Source of the DNA: a virus
Length of the DNA: 64,000 nt
Virus record (IMG/VR): IMGVR_UViG_3300033145_003080
Span: 64,001-128,000 of that record
Reading direction: 5' to 3' (one strand)
Shown: piece by piece, positions 59,088-64,000 of the stretch
Layout of the letters: each line of letters opens with the position of its first letter
Position numbering within the stretch: position 1 is the stretch's first letter
Translations under genes and position numbers: made by a program
The notes under the pieces: generated by a model
Told to the model about the DNA's origin: nothing
Seen by the model: the letters and a program-made list of their open reading frames with translations, nothing else
The model's database searches: none

Positions 59088-62000
59088 ATGATAAGATTAA
59101 TAAATTCTCAAAGATCAACATACCACCACACTGCTATAACTGAATTTTCTGATATAAGCAGCTTGATAGTAACAGGTGTAGCAAAGGGTTATGCGTCAAA
59201 TAAATACTCGTGGGTTTCTGATTTTCTTTCGAAACATTCTGGGAATTTATCGATTAATCCCCATATTGGGCATGTTGCTTTTTATAGCGAAAGGGATATT
59301 TTTCAGCAAAGTTATGGTAATATTGAAAGGCTACATAATCATTATCCATTTCTTAGTGATTACAATTTTTCGATTTTTCCCAAGTATTACGAAGAGCTGT
59401 CAACAAAACAATATTTTAAAGTTGGCCAAAAGTTTTCTGAATATGATATTGTTCAATATGTAAATATTTCTGAACTTTACACTTTAACTTTGCGTTCGCT
59501 AGATCCAGATTATCATTGGAATAGGGTCAATTTTAATATCAAGCACGAATATTATAGAGCACCTGCTTTCTATACTTCTGGTTATAAAGTTGATATGGAA
59601 TATGAAGAGGAGCCGGGATATAAATACTTTGACAGATACATGTGGGCGCTCCCCAAATCGATTTCACCAAACAGAAGTGTATATAAAGACTATATAGTTA
59701 ATGAACACGGCTTTGACATAACACTATTACCTATGTTTGCTGATTATTTTGGTGATAGCGATATACCTGACATTATAGACCCTTATACTCAGCCAAATTT
59801 AGTTAAGAGACTTTTTGATTATAAAGTTTTAGTTGACAATCCTGAATATCATTATTTTCATAATGATACTAATAATTGGATTATAAATCATAAAAATTTA
59901 AATGCTGGGTCTAATAAGTATTATCCATATATTAATTTTGTTCAATGTTTTCTTGAAGACTGGAGTTTTATTACACCGTATTACGAATATTATTCAGCAA
60001 CTCCACCATGGCCGCCACCAACACCAGTTCCTGGTTATATACGATTCTATCCAGAAATTACACAAAATGGGGTTCTCGAACCTGGAAAAACTATTGTTGA
60101 TTGGGGCAATTCAAGAAGTGGCGGTCAGCCAATAACACGTATGGGTGTTTGTGCAATAAATCCCGGAAACCATCTTGGTCACCCTGACGACCAATCAAGA
60201 ATAGTATATAATATTTGTAAACACATGACTCAATGGGACGGAACTCGATTTGTAATTCATAAAGAAGATTTTGCAGAAAATGATGTTCTTATCGGCTTGG
60301 ATTTAGACACAGAGCGAAATAGGCGCAATTCTGCAGTTGTAATGACAGAACCATATTTCACTGTGAAGCCTATTGCTAATGGCCAAGTTGCACAAATATC
60401 TTTTGTTGATTATAAAAGAGACTCGATACAGCATGAAAGTGTGGATGGTTTCCTCACTGATCCGTCGATGTATTTAAAAATAAAAGCGCCTCTTACTTTT
60501 ATAAAGGAACTTGACCGGTATCTCGTACTTGAAGAAGTTAACACAGACATAATTGATACACTTATTATAAAAAATCCTCGAGATAATTATGGCATGTTTA
60601 ATTCTGATCCGGCGTTTCTATATGACAATTTTGGTGAAGACAATGAGACACTTTTGTATCGCCAGGAGTTTTGTCTTGACGATCTAGTTGAGGGTAGGGT
60701 TGGCACTGGCCAGCATAGAAAGTTTTATATTTCAGCTATTGGTCCTCGAGCAGATAAGTATAGTGATGATGAAATGAAAGTATCCGGTATGGGATTTGTC
60801 TGTAAAACTATTATTAACCAGGCTGGTGAAATTCAATCAGGCCATAATGAATATTTGCATATATACTGTAACAATCATTGGTTTACTAACACCCCAGCCC
60901 ATGCAACAGTAACGCCACCATTGCCAAATGTTGATATTGAAATTTTAACTGATACATCTATTGTTACTCGAATACAACAGTATGAAAAATTCAGGCCTAT
61001 GATCAAGCTGCCTGGTGTGAATGGTTATGTTAAAATATTGGGAAGGAATCCACATTTTAAGATACAGCGTGTGCACGATGGTGAATATGAAGTAATATAT
61101 AATGTCGAATTCCCTTTCTGCCCTGGTTCTGCTTATGAACGATTTGCGATGAATTATAATGATGAGCATCCATATTTACCAAGCCAGGTGTTTTATAAGG
61201 CTGATTATATAAATGCCGGTTCATGGGAAATGTCTGAGGTTGATTCTGATGAAAGATATGATTCAACAAACAATCGGCATGCTCCGTATGGTGATGATTC
61301 CTTTACTCGCCATGAACTTTTTCGACAGGTCGCAGTTTCTGATGCTTTTAATGATATTGGTGGATTTATTCATTATTATTATGATTACACATCTACATTA
61401 GAAAATATTGACAAGTCTGAATACCATAGCGAAGTCATAAAATATCCCACTCACCTAATATGGGAACAGCTCGATTGGAATTTTTTAAGTCTTATTAAAT
61501 CACAAATTGAAGAATTCAAAAGATACGGCACATATGATGTAAGTGTTACTCAGACTCGTGTTGAGTTTGATATTGAACAGTATTTGCCATATTTTACAAG
61601 CGATTTAAAGTTAATTGCACTGGCTGACAATAGGCAATGGAATTTTGATAAAGATAAATATATATCATTTATTGGAAGAGAGAATCCAGCCTATGTTTGC
61701 GAAATGGATATATCAACTTTATTTGAAGATTTTCAATCATTCCAAATAAAAAATGGTGCAATTCCTGATGTTAAAAGATGGCTTTATGGATATTTTTCAG
61801 GATTTGCCCACATGATTGCCACATCAACAGAATCAGAAACGAGAGACGAAAGAGCTACACCTGGTTTGGATACATCGTTAACCACACAAGATGCTCAATC
61901 TAATATTATTATTGAGGTATGGGATTCTGCTTCTGATATTGGAAATGATAAGCTTGGAAACTGGAGACCATTATCATTAATTTCTTCTGATACCGAAAAG

Positions 62001-62801
62001 GTCGCTGGTGAATTAATTTTGGATAAATTATTTATTTTTGATGATAGTGAAACCCCGAGTGCTCCAATAACAAACGAATTCGAAGATGTATGGTCGTTTT
62101 ATCTGGGCTACGCTGATATTGATTCTTTTCCATATTATCCTCCAGAATTTGATCCAACAATAACAACAGAGCCTTCTAAATTTGATTTGATTAATGAGCA
62201 ATCAAATTTAGTTTTATCCGACTTTTATGGTCTAAAAAATTATCATATTATATATACAAAATGGGCTGGACAAATTGATGGGGTTAGTGCTTTTAAGGTG
62301 TGGGTTCGATATGATGAAACACAAAGTGATTTGTTTGTAAAGGATTATACCCTTATTGATGTAACTAATATCCCTACTACCTGGGGCGTATTGTCAATAC
62401 ATAAACCTGAGAAATATCTAAGCAAGAATTCTAATTTTGTTTTAAAAACTAATAAACCGTCTCCGGAAAGCTTAATTGAATCAGTTACTAGATATATTGA
62501 TATTAAATCTCAGGAAGGTACCGGTGGGATTCCTGATTTCGACAGATATCTCAGTAATGAAAATAAAATCTTTTTTAGAATAAGGGTGCGTAAAAACAAT
62601 GATTATCCAGTAAATTATATAGACGAAGATACCAGTGACATACAATACCTTGGGAGTGGCATAGAAACTGGTGATGATTGGGTAAATTTTCCATGGGAAG
62701 ATAGTGGTGTATTTGATGCGGCATTCGATTGGGGTAAGATTACTACGCTTGAGCGAGTGAGAAGACTTGGTCTTACTTATTTTAAATGTGCTTCCCAGTG
62801 A
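59088..62801 (+). CDS. Large hypothetical structural protein
   Basis: 1237 aa; Tyr/Asp-rich. Confidence 0.65.
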   Translation: MIRLINSQRSTYHHTAITEFSDISSLIVTGVAKGYASNKYSWVSDFLSKHSGNLSINPHIGHVAFYSERDIFQQSYGNIERLHNHYPFLSDYNFSIFPKYYEELSTKQYFKVGQKFSEYDIVQYVNISELYTLTLRSLDPDYHWNRVNFNIKHEYYRAPAFYTSGYKVDMEYEEEPGYKYFDRYMWALPKSISPNRSVYKDYIVNEHGFDITLLPMFADYFGDSDIPDIIDPYTQPNLVKRLFDYKVLVDNPEYHYFHNDTNNWIINHKNLNAGSNKYYPYINFVQCFLEDWSFITPYYEYYSATPPWPPPTPVPGYIRFYPEITQNGVLEPGKTIVDWGNSRSGGQPITRMGVCAINPGNHLGHPDDQSRIVYNICKHMTQWDGTRFVIHKEDFAENDVLIGLDLDTERNRRNSAVVMTEPYFTVKPIANGQVAQISFVDYKRDSIQHESVDGFLTDPSMYLKIKAPLTFIKELDRYLVLEEVNTDIIDTLIIKNPRDNYGMFNSDPAFLYDNFGEDNETLLYRQEFCLDDLVEGRVGTGQHRKFYISAIGPRADKYSDDEMKVSGMGFVCKTIINQAGEIQSGHNEYLHIYCNNHWFTNTPAHATVTPPLPNVDIEILTDTSIVTRIQQYEKFRPMIKLPGVNGYVKILGRNPHFKIQRVHDGEYEVIYNVEFPFCPGSAYERFAMNYNDEHPYLPSQVFYKADYINAGSWEMSEVDSDERYDSTNNRHAPYGDDSFTRHELFRQVAVSDAFNDIGGFIHYYYDYTSTLENIDKSEYHSEVIKYPTHLIWEQLDWNFLSLIKSQIEEFKRYGTYDVSVTQTRVEFDIEQYLPYFTSDLKLIALADNRQWNFDKDKYISFIGRENPAYVCEMDISTLFEDFQSFQIKNGAIPDVKRWLYGYFSGFAHMIATSTESETRDERATPGLDTSLTTQDAQSNIIIEVWDSASDIGNDKLGNWRPLSLISSDTEKVAGELILDKLFIFDDSETPSAPITNEFEDVWSFYLGYADIDSFPYYPPEFDPTITTEPSKFDLINEQSNLVLSDFYGLKNYHIIYTKWAGQIDGVSAFKVWVRYDETQSDLFVKDYTLIDVTNIPTTWGVLSIHKPEKYLSKNSNFVLKTNKPSPESLIESVTRYIDIKSQEGTGGIPDFDRYLSNENKIFFRIRVRKNNDYPVNYIDEDTSDIQYLGSGIETGDDWVNFPWEDSGVFDAAFDWGKITTLERVRRLGLTYFKCASQ

Positions 62802-62849
62802 TTGATTGATTACAACAAATATTGTATATTGAATGTATGGGGGTTTTTG

Positions 62850-63983
62850 ATGTCTTCTAATTTACGCTCAAAACCGATTGAGGGACATGTTACTGATAGT
62901 GCCGGTAATGTTCTGAGAAATTCTCAGATAATAATAAAACAGGCGGCGCCGTCTGGCAGTATCACGATGGGCTCTGTTATGTCTGATGATGATGGATATT
63001 TCCAGTCGAAACCATTGCCGAATGGTCTTTATGACATTTATGAATCAGGCATAAGCATAGCAAGGATAGTACATACTGCTGACAGAAATTCTATCCAATG
63101 CTTTAAACCAGCCGTTGATAACTATGACATTTCATTAATAGGCAATTTTGTCAGTCTTGCTGAAGCTGATAACCCAATTCTGAATAGTTTCAAATGGTTT
63201 CTTCAAATCGAACCGGAAGAACTTGACGTCTCTGTATATGGTAGTACTTTTCCTATTTATAATATAAACATTTCAGGCATTACTGATGTTAATAATGAGT
63301 ATTATAATATGGCTCAATTCTTTAACCTCACTGTTGATTCGAGGATAACAACCACACGATTTGATATTGAATATTTTGCGCCATTAACTGCACTTTCTAA
63401 TTTTTATAAACGAATAAGGTGGGCTGGTGTCCCTGGGATTCGTTTTAATAAAGATTCAAAACTGATTGTTCCTCTCGATTACTTTTCTATTGTGGCAAGT
63501 CTACCGAAAATTACTACTAATTATTTAATTGGTGATAGCGTAAGTATTGTAGAGGGATCTGCTGAAAAACTGGTGAATTTTTATGCCACAGGATCTAATG
63601 ATTTTACAAACCACGTTAACAATATGATGATTGGTGATGTTGTGAAATTAACTGTGAAGGGTGATAATGTCGGTGGGGATCCTATTGGTCCATTTTATCA
63701 TTATGGAATCATAGTTCATGTTGATAGAGCATCACCATTAACAGTTACGTTAGAAAAATGGTTATCATCACGATTTCTTACTGATCTTGATCTTGACGAC
63801 GTTTATGACGCGTACATAGAAAAAATTGAATCGTTCGATGGTATATTTCAGGGGATATCAGATATCAATGATGAGATAAATGAAAGATTTACTTTGGTTG
63901 AAAATATAAACGCTCAAGATTATATTCCTGAGCTTTATAATTATAATAATCAGGGGCAGTTGGAAGAACCACCGGCCTCTTAG
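62850..63983 (+). CDS. Structural protein with N-terminal carboxypeptidase-regulatory-like (prealbumin-fold) domain
   Basis: IEGHVTDSAGN.L...SDDDGYF...LPNGLYDI; probable start ATG 62850. Confidence 0.6.
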   Translation: MSSNLRSKPIEGHVTDSAGNVLRNSQIIIKQAAPSGSITMGSVMSDDDGYFQSKPLPNGLYDIYESGISIARIVHTADRNSIQCFKPAVDNYDISLIGNFVSLAEADNPILNSFKWFLQIEPEELDVSVYGSTFPIYNINISGITDVNNEYYNMAQFFNLTVDSRITTTRFDIEYFAPLTALSNFYKRIRWAGVPGIRFNKDSKLIVPLDYFSIVASLPKITTNYLIGDSVSIVEGSAEKLVNFYATGSNDFTNHVNNMMIGDVVKLTVKGDNVGGDPIGPFYHYGIIVHVDRASPLTVTLEKWLSSRFLTDLDLDDVYDAYIEKIESFDGIFQGISDINDEINERFTLVENINAQDYIPELYNYNNQGQLEEPPAS

Positions 63984-64000
63984 TCTTTTAAGGAGGGTTG

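Noticed and set aside
19126-61401. Numerous 60-180 aa antisense or alternate-frame ORFs inside long genes
   Set aside because: Shadow ORFs with no SD or motifs, fully overlapping well-supported genes.
62799-62849. TGA readthrough fusing 59088-62801 with the in-frame next ORF, or genome-wide stop recoding
   Set aside because: The downstream gene has a plausible ATG at 62850. Long genes are intact under code 11 and all three stop codons are used.

Overview
This is a 64 kb, AT-rich segment of a large tailed dsDNA phage, probably a jumbo myovirus-like phage. There are no host housekeeping genes, and capsid and terminase genes are not in this window. 1-18.6 kb is an accessory region of dense small ORFs. 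It also holds a class-3 lipase, a second alpha/beta hydrolase, a BCS1-like AAA ATPase, an intein-containing TopoVI-A/Spo11-like Toprim protein, a DUF3850/ASCH protein, a Fib_succ_major (FISUMP) protein and a complete tmRNA with an atypical tag. A probable tail-assembly-chaperone gene with a CCCAAAA -1 frameshift lies at 2.2-3.3 kb. 18.7-64 kb is a co-oriented tail/baseplate module: tape-measure-like protein, hub, gp25-like and baseplate-J-like wedge proteins, tail fibres and a 3196-aa protein with five tandem beta-helix modules. This module is interrupted by a sigma-70 gene, a cargo slot and two RNA-guided nuclease elements (IsrB with omegaRNA, and TnpB). The most notable observation is the cargo slot between the sigma gene and the 'MPPPKQ' gene. 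It holds two genes separated by a recombination scar built from the start of the downstream gene and a synonymously diverged copy of the sigma 3' end. The cargo proteins share an F-x-DEL-x-K-[IV]-A-type motif, and one is an SF2 helicase fused to a putative ADP-ribosyltransferase. All family assignments come from motif recognition by eye; no database search was run.
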